Assembly: GCA_039024555.1 (NCBI GenBank)
Contig: JBCCQQ010000003.1
Location: forward strand, 64,001 to 128,000
Length of the DNA: 64,000 nucleotides
Reading direction: 5' to 3'
Source of the DNA: Cyanobacteria bacterium P01_D01_bin.156
GTDB taxonomy: Bacteria; Cyanobacteriota; Cyanobacteriia; Phormidesmidales; Phormidesmidaceae
How positions within the stretch are numbered: position 1 is the stretch's first letter; the number at the start of each line of letters is the position of its first letter. The position numbers and the translations under genes were made by a program. Positions 52,901 to 61,285 of this stretch are shown here, piece by piece. The notes beneath the pieces were generated by a model. That model was not told the origin of the DNA, made no database searches, and saw only the letters and a program-made list of their open reading frames with translations.

Positions 52901-53698
52901 CAGCTTGAATGGCAACAGCAAAAGCTAACCGAAACCCAGCAAGAACGGCAGCAACAGCTCAACGAATTAGAAATCGCCATGGCGGCTAAGCAGGCAGAAC
53001 TGCCCGGCCCATTACCAGAATTGCCCGAAGAGCTCACCCTAGAAGCCCTTCAAAAACAACTCAAATCCCTGCAGCGCCGTCTAGAAGCCATGGAGCCAGT
53101 CAATATGCTGGCCCTGGAAGAACACGAACGCACCCAACAACGCCTAGAAGAACTGACAAACAAACTCACTACGCTAGAAGAAGAACGCACCGAGCTCCTG
53201 TTACGCATCGAGAACTTTACGACCTTGCGCCGCCATGCTTTCCAGGAAGCCTTTGATGCCGTCAATGAAAACTTCCAATCCATCTTTGCTGAGCTGTCCG
53301 ACGGTGACGGCTATCTACAGCTAGACGATCCAGAAGATCCCTTCAATGGCGGTTTAAATCTAGTTGCACACCCCAAAGGCAAACCCGTCCGTCGCTTAGC
53401 CTCCATGTCTGGTGGTGAAAAATCCTTGACCGCCCTCAGCTTTATCTTTGCCCTGCAGCGTTATCGGCCGTCCCCGTTCTACGCCTTTGACGAAGTCGAT
53501 ATGTTCCTAGACGGTGCCAATGTGGAGCGTCTGTCCAAAATGATTCGTCACCAAGCTAAGCAGGCCCAATTTATTGTGGTGAGTCTGCGTCGTCCCATGA
53601 TTGAATCTGCTGAGCGCACCATCGGTGTCACCCAGGCCAGAGGAGCCTACACCCAGGTCCTGGGCATTAATCTACAAAGAGCCTCCGCTGGTGGCTAG
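49946..53698 (+). CDS. smc: Chromosome segregation protein SMC
   Basis: GPNGSGKSN, VLQGDV, hinge GRATFLPL and SGAMTGG, MSGGEKS, FDEVDMFLD. Confidence 0.97.
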   Translation: MHVKRVELSHFKSFGGTTQVPLLPGFTVISGPNGSGKSNILDALLFCLGLASSKGMRAERLPDLVNQSHASRRSTAEAIVTATFDISDVSAELMKDEASDPSSSQVEETSPEPDNSSLETPDINPRENSQLESVSEATNLQPEAVQDDKAGHSNGAAKPDNVVPIPREWSVTRRLRITAQGTYTSNYFINGQPCTLTELHEQLQRFRIYPEGYNVVLQGDVTSIISMKARERREIIDELAGVASFDRKIDQAKLKLDMVREREERFRIVERELIDQLERLDQDRKKAEKYKQLRATLQEKTQWQTVLEWRQQQKQVETLAGQIVAGTQQAEELTQQRTSLVALIETTAKELEVLNAKVKALGEDEHLALQSKLATQEAELRQLERQEQALGQATRELAAKLQATQVELQQQNKELATLGQQLSTLKNTELVRLEADRNQAAQAVEASREATSAIASASQAWVETQTTLRREIEALLKVLEPQRSEQVRLQERLNQLQSQITAQTETVQSLQSEVQASQPSGETDLSSTETAIQNLAQAVAAGEQELKIQRETRDRLLREQREKQRALDKLEAEEQALQETRGTQATEVLVKSGLTGICGLVAQLGRVDPKYQTALEIAAGARLGYLVVDNDGVAARGIDILKRQRAGRATFLPLNSIRAPRIQKVGRWERPDGFIDYAVDLIECEDNYRDVFAFVFGGTVVFERLGDARRHLGKFRMVTLEGEILESSGAMTGGSLRRQGRLHFGTVDPGESSEAKALRERLEEIERILSGCDRALAKADTQVKNQSKALLETRQTYREQQLQNNQAQQQQQQLQQRLEKAQQQLQNYQREHTAAQKRLEELEKALPDQEHRLQQKRQELTQLEGSQTHSEWQQAQGKVRALETELTERQKALQTAQQHQNELEAQQQRLQEKIQTGQQTIEQSRQQQQAQINQQTELNKQQATLKEEIIATQAAIAELDKTLAGEKVERDRKEHQLRDQRNQLQQLEWQQQKLTETQQERQQQLNELEIAMAAKQAELPGPLPELPEELTLEALQKQLKSLQRRLEAMEPVNMLALEEHERTQQRLEELTNKLTTLEEERTELLLRIENFTTLRRHAFQEAFDAVNENFQSIFAELSDGDGYLQLDDPEDPFNGGLNLVAHPKGKPVRRLASMSGGEKSLTALSFIFALQRYRPSPFYAFDEVDMFLDGANVERLSKMIRHQAKQAQFIVVSLRRPMIESAERTIGVTQARGAYTQVLGINLQRASAGG

Positions 53699-53992
53699 TC
53701 GTTCTTTATTAAATGCAGACTCTCGGGAAATATAGCGAAGCACACGATAGGCCACGCTATGGGAAATTTGTTCAAAACTTCAGAGAGCAACAGCTGCGTA
53801 CAGCCCCAACTGATGGATGTATCAGTTGGCAATACAACGGCCCTACAAAAACCAATACGGTTTAACACACTGTAAAAAATCGAAGTATAGGGTGTAATGT
53901 GGGGAAGCATATGTTTCCTTGCGTTAAGAAACATACCCGCCGGTTAAGAGCACCCTAGTGCACCCACATATTCCACACGGTAGACCCCAGCA

Positions 53993-54793
53993 ATGAGTTT
54001 TGAACAAAGTCGGCTGCGCTCCGACATGATTGGCACCCAAGTAATTACCCGTTCCACAGGCCGTCGTCTGGGCGTGGTCAGTCAGATGTGGGTCGACATA
54101 GACCGATGTGAGGTGGTTGCCCTGGGGCTACGAGATAATATTTTGTCTAAGGTTGTCTCTGGGCCTGAGCAAATCATGCTGCTAAGCAGCATTCGTCAGA
54201 TTGGGGATGTAATTTTGGTGGATGATGACAGCGTTATTGAAGATGACATCAGCGTTGCAACCTACAGCCATCTCATCAAAAGCGAAGTGATTACCGAGTC
54301 TGGAGAAGGCCTGGGTCGCGTGCGTGGGTTTAAATTTGATGTCGTCAGCGGCAAGCTGCAGTCCATCGTGATTGCAGCGATGGGGCTTCCCCAAATTCCA
54401 GATCAGGTCCTCAGTTCCTATGAACTGCCAGTTGAAGAAATCGTTAGCACTGGCCCGGATCGAATTATCGTCTTCGAAGGCTCCGAAGAAAAGCTCAAGC
54501 AAATCAGCGTCGGCTTGCTAGAACGTCTAGGATTGGGATCTGCTCCTTGGGAGCGGGAAGACGATGGCTATATCATGCCGACATCTGCGAGTAATCAGCT
54601 GCCATCAGGCATTAAGCAATCTGCCCCCGCCGTGCGTCGAGAAGCGGCCCCTCCTCAACGGTTAGAGCTAGAACAACCCACTCGCCCACCTGCTGTAGAA
54701 CAACCCGTACCTGAAGAGGAACCCTATCAGGCTAAGCCTCTCAACATTCCACAAAAGAAAAAAGTGATGGAGTACGAGGAAGAAGACTTCTAA
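53993..54793 (+). CDS. PRC-barrel domain protein
   Basis: Two PRC barrels (IGTQVITRSTGRRLG; EVITESGEGLGRV); follows smc. Confidence 0.88.
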   Translation: MSFEQSRLRSDMIGTQVITRSTGRRLGVVSQMWVDIDRCEVVALGLRDNILSKVVSGPEQIMLLSSIRQIGDVILVDDDSVIEDDISVATYSHLIKSEVITESGEGLGRVRGFKFDVVSGKLQSIVIAAMGLPQIPDQVLSSYELPVEEIVSTGPDRIIVFEGSEEKLKQISVGLLERLGLGSAPWEREDDGYIMPTSASNQLPSGIKQSAPAVRREAAPPQRLELEQPTRPPAVEQPVPEEEPYQAKPLNIPQKKKVMEYEEEDF

Positions 54794-54959
54794 ACTTTGA
54801 AAGGTTTTGTCATGCGCAATATTGCCATTCTTGAAAGAACCCTATAAGGTATGCGTGGCACGGTTGCCGTTCTACATCAGAGCCTGGGAAAAGTTGTTCG
54901 TTTTCCTAGCGACTAGCTCCAGACGTAGATGAAATGTATTGTTCTGGTATTTTGCATTC

Positions 54960-55718
54960 ATGGTAGTTTCTGCTTTGCCTGTTCTTCCTCCGCTGCAAAA
55001 GCTATTTGTTATGGGCTTACCGGTACACCACAGTGCCGACTATGTAGGCTGGTTACTCAAAACATTGAGAACCGGTCACGGTGGCCACGTGGTCACCATC
55101 AATGCAGAAATGTGCGTCCAGGCTGAAACAAACCCTAAGCTGAACCACATTATTCAAAATGCCACACTGATCATTCCTGATGGGGCAGGTGTGCAGCTCT
55201 ATTTTCAATGGGTACAGCATAAACGGGTGCGCCGCTATCCAGGCATTGAGTTTTCTGTGGATGTGTTATCGCAACTCACAGCCGCAGAACCAGTGGTTTT
55301 CTATGGGGGAGCTCCAGAATTAGCAACCGCAGCAGCTGCAAATTGGCAGAAAAAATTTCCTGAATTGAATGTTGCGATCGCTCAGCACGGTTATCTTTCT
55401 GATGCTGAGCAACAAGCTTTTCAGAAAGACCTTGAGGCGCTCCAGCCCAGCGTTATCTTTGTCGGTCTAGGGGTGCCACGCCAGGAAATGTGGATCGCCA
55501 AGCACCGACATCTATGCCCCCAGGCGATATGGATAGGTGTCGGTGGCAGCTTTGATATTTGGGCTGGAAAAAAAGAGCGTGCCCCCCGTTGGATGTGTAA
55601 CAACAACCTAGAGTGGCTTTATCGACTATATCAAGAGCCCTGGCGGTGGCGACGCATGCTGGCCTTACCAAAATTTGTGTGGCGTTCTATTGGGCACGAC
55701 TTAGGTTGGCACCGCTAG
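54960..55718 (+). CDS. WecB/TagA/CpsF family glycosyltransferase
   Basis: VVTINAE, PDGAG, HGY, VGLGVPRQE, GVGGSFD, LEWLYRL..EP.R. Confidence 0.92.
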   Translation: MVVSALPVLPPLQKLFVMGLPVHHSADYVGWLLKTLRTGHGGHVVTINAEMCVQAETNPKLNHIIQNATLIIPDGAGVQLYFQWVQHKRVRRYPGIEFSVDVLSQLTAAEPVVFYGGAPELATAAAANWQKKFPELNVAIAQHGYLSDAEQQAFQKDLEALQPSVIFVGLGVPRQEMWIAKHRHLCPQAIWIGVGGSFDIWAGKKERAPRWMCNNNLEWLYRLYQEPWRWRRMLALPKFVWRSIGHDLGWHR

Positions 55719-55983
55719 AGATATACCTTTCCTTTATTTACCGTTGCCAATGTCGAGGATAAAACGCTCCGTATGAGCTCACAAGGTTCAGAATTTGAAG
55801 ACTCAAACCATTTCGAGCATCAGCAACGACCATTTTTTGTTCCTCAAGTAAAGATTCAGACAAATCACCCATCAAAATTTGTCAAATCGCTGGACATTTC
55901 TCCTATTGCATATATCCTTGTATAGACAAAAATATTTTGTGATTTTTTAGATAGCTTTGTCTATCCTCACATTGTGATCTTCT

Positions 55984-56814
55984 ATGACATCTACTGTGAC
56001 TTCGCAAAAGGCTCGCTCCTCTCGCCGCCAAACCGCTACAGCCAGACGTGCAAATAGGCGTGGGTCGGTCAATGCTGCGGTTGCAACAGAACATTCATCA
56101 TCAAGCAAAAACCAAAACACCTCTTCTCAATCATCCAGTGCAGCAGCGCCTCTGGTCACACTGACAGATGTTACCAAAACCTATGAAAATGGCAGTAAAG
56201 CCCTACGCAACGTTGACCTAAAGGTCAAACAGGGAGATTTTCTCTTTATCACAGGGCCATCAGGAGCTGGCAAGTCTACATTGCTCAAGCTACTGTACGG
56301 CCAAGAGCGGGTAACCTCAGGGGAAATTAGTGTTGATAATCAGAACCTGTCTAAGCTTAGGGGAAATCGTCTGGCGATGCTTCGTCGACGCATTGGCATC
56401 GTTTTTCAAGACTATAAGCTAATTCCTCGACGGACAGTTGCCGAAAATGTATCCTTTGTCTTGTGGGCTCAGGGATTCAACCGTAGAGAGATCAATCGAC
56501 GCCTACGCCCCACACTGCGGATGGTAGGGTTACAGCACAAGTCCAATTGTTTTCCTGACCAGCTCTCCGGTGGAGAACAACAGCGAGTCAGTATTGCCCG
56601 TGCGGTTGTAGGGACACCTCCACTCTTACTCGCCGATGAGCCAACGGGTAACTTGGATAGTGATAACTCGCGTCAGGTCATCAAAATTTTAGAGAAGCTG
56701 AACTCCATTGGTATCACAGTGATCGTGACCACCCACGATGAACAGCTGGTGCGTACATCAAACCACCCTGTCGTACAAATTCAGGGCGGGCGGTTAACTT
56801 ATATCAGACGTTAG
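55984..56814 (+). CDS. ftsE: Cell division ATP-binding protein FtsE
   Basis: [45 protein letters not shown]. Confidence 0.88.
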   Translation: MTSTVTSQKARSSRRQTATARRANRRGSVNAAVATEHSSSSKNQNTSSQSSSAAAPLVTLTDVTKTYENGSKALRNVDLKVKQGDFLFITGPSGAGKSTLLKLLYGQERVTSGEISVDNQNLSKLRGNRLAMLRRRIGIVFQDYKLIPRRTVAENVSFVLWAQGFNRREINRRLRPTLRMVGLQHKSNCFPDQLSGGEQQRVSIARAVVGTPPLLLADEPTGNLDSDNSRQVIKILEKLNSIGITVIVTTHDEQLVRTSNHPVVQIQGGRLTYIRR

Positions 56815-56820
56815 ACTCTG

Positions 56821-57216
56821 TCAGAGAGCTCGAAATCGACTGTCAGTTTTAACCACTGTCTCCACAAAGTCACAGGTCCACGTAATCCAAGCACTGTTAA
56901 TCGTTGGACTTTCCTGGGGCAAAGAGCGTTTGAGCAGAAGTACAACAAATCCCTGGCCCGTTGGCAAAACCACAATGTTCCCTGACTTGGTACGTATTAC
57001 AGCGTGATCTAAGCTAGGCAAATTCATTTCGGCAGATAAAAGCTGCTGCAGCCCCAACGATTGGAAAGCAAGTTGAATCCAGCTTGTGTCTTCATCATCG
57101 GTCGTCCCAAAATATTCAATGGGGAAACCCTGTGTATCAAAAATCGCTACACCCAAAATTTGCTCAATGGTTGGTAAATGATCCGCTCGAAACGATCGAG
57201 TATTTGAGGTAGACAC
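56821..57216 (-). CDS. Hypothetical protein, roadblock/LC7-like fold
   Basis: ILGVAIFDTQGFPI followed by a helix and a 3-strand pattern, typical of roadblock/profilin-like domains. Confidence 0.5.
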   Translation of the reverse strand: MSTSNTRSFRADHLPTIEQILGVAIFDTQGFPIEYFGTTDDEDTSWIQLAFQSLGLQQLLSAEMNLPSLDHAVIRTKSGNIVVLPTGQGFVVLLLKRSLPQESPTINSAWITWTCDFVETVVKTDSRFRAL

Positions 57217-57244
57217 CGAGGCAATAAAACTGCTAGCAGGTAGC

Positions 57245-57877
57245 TCAATGGGTAATCTTTAATTTCCAAACCAGGCTGGATACCATGTTAGTGAATACAT
57301 GGGCAACCACGGGAACAAGTAAATTTCCAGTTATCAAAGCACTCCCGCCCAGTAACACACCCACACAAGTAGCCCATAACATATATGGCCACTGCCGTAG
57401 GTCACTCATATGCAGTAAACCAAAACAAAGACTGGATATAGCCAACGCTAGCCAGCTTGCGCCCAAAGCTGGCAGCATTACACCACGAAATAGAAACTCT
57501 TCACTAATTCCTGGTAGTAACCCCAGCCACAAGACATCGGGTAAAACTAATGGCGTCAAAATATAGTCTAGATAGACATTGGCACTACGACGATAGGTGC
57601 CCCAGCATTTATACAGCACACCACTCACAAGCGTGATGCCAACTCCAAGCAAAATACCGAGACCAACAGCATGCAGACCAAACTGACTGGATAATTGCTG
57701 TACAGCCCCCAACAGCAACCATAAACGCGCAATGATAAATAAGACAAGAGCCGTCGCTGCGATCGCAACCAGCACCTGGATGCGCGTTAAAGACTGCATG
57801 CTGGGAGTAGGCGGAGCAGGCTGATTCAAGGAAAAAATCGGCTGTTGAAGAGTGCCGGATAAACTGGGCTGTACCAT
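57245..57877 (-). CDS. CPBP (CAAX/Abi) intramembrane protease
   Basis: SEEFLFRG, FGLLH, AHVFTN. Confidence 0.9.
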   Translation of the reverse strand: MVQPSLSGTLQQPIFSLNQPAPPTPSMQSLTRIQVLVAIAATALVLFIIARLWLLLGAVQQLSSQFGLHAVGLGILLGVGITLVSGVLYKCWGTYRRSANVYLDYILTPLVLPDVLWLGLLPGISEEFLFRGVMLPALGASWLALAISSLCFGLLHMSDLRQWPYMLWATCVGVLLGGSALITGNLLVPVVAHVFTNMVSSLVWKLKITH

Positions 57878-58485
57878 CTTACGCTGTTCATGGTCTTACG
57901 ACTATGAGTATATCCAGCATCCAAAAATATTTTTTGTTACATCTACACTATCCGTGAAACCGACACAATAAACTGTCCACTCACCTGAAACAGTCTGACA
58001 GCTAGTTGGGTAGCATACGCCTTTAACTTAGAAAAGCAGACTACTGAATTTTCACCAAGTTATTTTATACATCTATCGATCATATCAAAACAATCAATTA
58101 TCTTGGAAGAAAATGCACTTAATTAAAATTTTCTTGAATACCCCTTTTTAAATTATTCAGTCCTAAAAAATAGTTTTTGAACGATAGCTTATAAACGCTC
58201 AACCCTTCTCTTACCAAAGAATTAAATAAGCGACAAAAGCTGTTTAATTGATTCAAATCACATCGCATCACTACTTCAAAATAGATAAGCAAGTGACATA
58301 ACATCTAAACAATAAACATTGAAAGAAACAATTAAATTAAATGTTAAATTCCCTTCAATAATGGGATTCATTTAAATAATCAAATGATCTTCACTTTGAA
58401 GCTGATGTATGTCAGCTAACTAAAGAGGTATCCATCAAGAATCATCTACCTCAAGTTTCTATCACTCGCACATAAGCACCAACCT

Positions 58486-58767
58486 ATGGGAAAGCCCTTC
58501 GACATACCTGCTCCAGAAAATACCGTCAACATTTATGAATGTGAGGTGCGGTTAAAATTTCGCATCATTGAGGAAAAACTTGAGATGGATGGCCGCGATG
58601 GCGGTGCATTACTAGAATCTTTAGTGGATGCCTATACCTATGGTGATGATGAGTATTTTGAGTCCTTAGATTCTCAAGTCAATGTACAGGAGGTTCAAGC
58701 TCTAGAAGCTTCACCCGCCATGCGACGACAGCTGATTCGGTTACGCAACTGCGAGCGGTGGGATTGA
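58486..58767 (+). CDS. Npun_R1517-family protein
   Basis: YECEVRLKFRIIEE, YGDDEY, ASPAMRRQLIRLRN. Confidence 0.75.
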   Translation: MGKPFDIPAPENTVNIYECEVRLKFRIIEEKLEMDGRDGGALLESLVDAYTYGDDEYFESLDSQVNVQEVQALEASPAMRRQLIRLRNCERWD

Positions 58768-58851
58768 ACTCCCAGTGAGCCTATATCAGTGTGCCGTCTT
58801 CAGCACAGCAGTCCATGAATCAAAGCTGCTAAAAAAAGTACGACTAGAGGT

Positions 58852-58881
58852 TTGACATAAATTCCCTCGAATTTGTATATT
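58852..58881 (+). promoter_or_regulatory. Sigma70-type promoter of tRNA-Glu
   Basis: TTGACA-N18-TATATT upstream of the tRNA. Confidence 0.6.
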
Positions 58882-58916
58882 TATAAAGGCCAAGGCGGTC
58901 ACGCTAAAGCACATGC

Positions 58917-58989
58917 GCCCCCATCGTCTAGAGGCCTAGGACACCTCCCTTTCACGGAGGCGACGGGGATTCGAATTCCCCTGGGGGTA
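58917..58989 (+). tRNA. trnE: tRNA-Glu (TTC)
   Basis: GCCCCCATCGTCTAGAGGCCTAGGACACCTCCCTTTCACGGAGGCGACGGGGATTCGAATTCCCCTGGGGGTA folds as a cloverleaf with anticodon TTC; CCA not encoded. Confidence 0.98.
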
Positions 58990-58992
58990 TGT

Positions 58993-59038
58993 AAGTAAAA
59001 AGGACTGAAGGTAAGTGCCTCCAGTCCTTTTTACTTTT
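58993..59038. terminator. Bidirectional intrinsic terminator after tRNA-Glu
   Basis: AAGTAAAAAGGACTG / CAGTCCTTTTTACTT 15-bp inverted repeat. Confidence 0.85.
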
Positions 59039-59082
59039 CAAGCTTTAGACACTGATTTTTACTGAAGCCGCTACTCTTTTCT

Positions 59083-59283
59083 ATGGCAGTCAGAATTGCT
59101 CCAATGATCAAGCTCGAATTAAATGAGTCCGAATTACAGCGATTGATTGATGCACTGACTATTGCCTGTGATGCTTACAGTGCAAGAGGCAAAGATATTC
59201 AGTCAATTCCATATGAGCTATTGCGCGACAAATTGGAAGCTGCTCTAAACCCTGATTCCGATGAATATGACTATTACGATTAG
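59083..59283 (+). CDS. Small hypothetical protein
   Basis: 66 aa helical ORF with acidic tail that fills the gap. Confidence 0.55.
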   Translation: MAVRIAPMIKLELNESELQRLIDALTIACDAYSARGKDIQSIPYELLRDKLEAALNPDSDEYDYYD

Positions 59284-59471
59284 GTAGTCTGCCACAGCGT
59301 AAAATGCGGTGGGTAAGAGGAAAGCTATTTGTGATCAAGATCACTTGGTATACTCAGCTACACTCAGAAATCCTTTAAGTCATCTTCAGGCAAAGGTCAG
59401 ATAAAGTTCAGATGTTCTCGGCATTCTTATCGGTAATCAAGGTCATGCATTGATTGCTTTGGAGCCTAATC

Positions 59472-59879
59472 ATGAAAAACACACTTCTTACTGCTTTAAC
59501 TGTTCTTGTTGCCTCGGCTGCTATTGCCCCCATTGCTTCCGCCGCTGAACTTAGTAGTATTACTATTCAAGAAGCTCGTCTCGAAGCACTGGATAACCGG
59601 ACCAAAAACAGTGTTCATAAGCTACGTGTTGAACACCTGAACAACCAAACCAAAGAGATTAAGGATATCCAGACAGCTCGCCTAGCTAGGCTAGACTCTC
59701 GTACCAAAGCTATTGAGGATATTCAAGCTGAGCGTTTAAACGCGCTCGATATTCGTACTAAAAACAATGTTCACAAGCTACGCCGCGAGCATTTGAACAA
59801 TCAAACTAAAGCAATTGAAAATATTCAAGCTACTCGTTTGGATGCTCTAGATGCTCGGACGAAGTCTGTTGTTCGCTAA
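59472..59879 (+). CDS. Secreted tandem-repeat protein
   Basis: GGAG RBS; signal peptide MKNTLL...ASA; six repeats ending in TK. Confidence 0.85.
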   Translation: MKNTLLTALTVLVASAAIAPIASAAELSSITIQEARLEALDNRTKNSVHKLRVEHLNNQTKEIKDIQTARLARLDSRTKAIEDIQAERLNALDIRTKNNVHKLRREHLNNQTKAIENIQATRLDALDARTKSVVR

Positions 59880-60012
59880 AGACACAAGCTTGAGTTCAGG
59901 TTTGGGTGCCTTTTGCTATTGCCGTTAGATTGCCGTTAGTCGGTGCAATTCCATTCCCAGGGCACCCTTCCCTCTTCGCTTCAAGTGTCCGGGTTTTCTC
60001 TTCATACATAGT

Positions 60013-60045
60013 CAAGCATCTAACCAAGGGCTAGATGCTTGTTTT
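60013..60045 (+). terminator. Intrinsic terminator
   Basis: CAAGCATCTA / TAGATGCTTG stem followed by TTTT. Confidence 0.75.
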
Positions 60046-60207
60046 CATTGGTTATAGATCCTAAGAACAACCACATCGAAGATTCTGTTATCGGGAAGCT
60101 GTCGTAGAGACCTGTTTAGCCAGTGAGTCCAACTACTTGCAAACGAGCAGTCCAGGAGTTCTCACATAGCCATTTTTTTCTTCCTAGTCCAGACTATCGG
60201 ATTATTT

Positions 60208-61098
60208 TTACATCATCACAGTTTTGAGAACCCATCCCCTGATTAAAGGATTCACTAATTCAGGGCGATCATCATGGGGACAATGACCCGCTTCTAAGAA
60301 GTGTTCTTCAATATCGCTGTAATACTTTCTAAATAACTTACTGCGTTCCTCACAGTTCATCCAAGGGTCCTTGGTTCCCCACAACAGTAACAACGGTCGC
60401 TCCAACTGTGACAACAACACATCAACTCGCTCACCTCGTGGAGCCTTAAACAATGCAGCAAATGCAGCTGGTGCTTCGGGTTCAGTTGCTGGACGAAAAA
60501 TGTTTTCAATCAGCTCCTCAGTAACTGCATCCTGATTCACATAAACCTGCTTTAGTGTTTTACGAATGTAAGACTTCTTTTTTACAAACTGGAAAACAAA
60601 CCAGCTAGGAATTGGGCTCAGAATAATCGTCTTAATCAGCTCACCAATCGTCTTCTTGAGCGGACTCGGTTCCTGAGTTGGCATCTGTTCCTTGAATGAA
60701 CCTACACCATTGAGCAGCACCGCCCCCTTCACCCACTGGGGCCGAGTCGCTGCTGTGAATAAGCAACTGTAGCCACCGATAGAGTTACCTGCAATCACTG
60801 CTGGACGACCCATCACCTGCTCAATAAAGTCACTGAGCTGGTCACGCCACAAATCAGAACTGTAGCCACTGGAAGGCTTAGACGACCGACCAAAACCAAT
60901 TAAGTCGATGGCCCACACCTCAAAGTCCTGCTGTAGTTCAGCAATATTTTTGGACCAATGGTCGGTAGATGCACCAAACCCATGGACCATCAGCAACGGT
61001 GGCCGATCGATGCGTGGCTCACCCGCACGGACGTAGTAAACGGTAAAGTCACGCCAAATCCAAGTATTACCAATAGCGGGGGCAGCTGCAATGGTCAT
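60208..61098 (-). CDS. Alpha/beta fold hydrolase
   Basis: VHGFGASTDHW, DLIGFGRS, GNSIGG, WG..DPW, AGHCPHD. Confidence 0.9.
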   Translation of the reverse strand: MTIAAAPAIGNTWIWRDFTVYYVRAGEPRIDRPPLLMVHGFGASTDHWSKNIAELQQDFEVWAIDLIGFGRSSKPSSGYSSDLWRDQLSDFIEQVMGRPAVIAGNSIGGYSCLFTAATRPQWVKGAVLLNGVGSFKEQMPTQEPSPLKKTIGELIKTIILSPIPSWFVFQFVKKKSYIRKTLKQVYVNQDAVTEELIENIFRPATEPEAPAAFAALFKAPRGERVDVLLSQLERPLLLLWGTKDPWMNCEERSKLFRKYYSDIEEHFLEAGHCPHDDRPELVNPLIRGWVLKTVMM

Positions 61099-61285
61099 GG
61101 TGAAAGAAAAGTTACAGATAAAGGTAGCGCCTTGTGCATACCCAGAGCATTTGTTAAGTAATATTTCGTTACTTGTTTAAGTCTATCGTGGGTTACACAT
61201 CCTTGCTGCTGAAGGCGGCTAGTCTGGATATGGAGTTTTCACGTCTGGGTCTGCTTGGACGTGGGTGTATGTGTATTGTCCTGCT

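Noticed and set aside
52340..52960. CAG/CAA-rich repeat array
   Set aside because: Gln-rich coiled-coil coding sequence of SMC, not an independent repeat
58917..60200. tRNA-Glu as the integration site of a genomic island
   Set aside because: No integrase and no duplicated tRNA 3' end seen; only two small genes precede ordinary genes
61156..61174. NtcA site in the palindrome AAGTAA-TATTTCG-TTACTT
   Set aside because: GTA-TAC spacing is 9 rather than 8; it may bind another factor but that is unsupported
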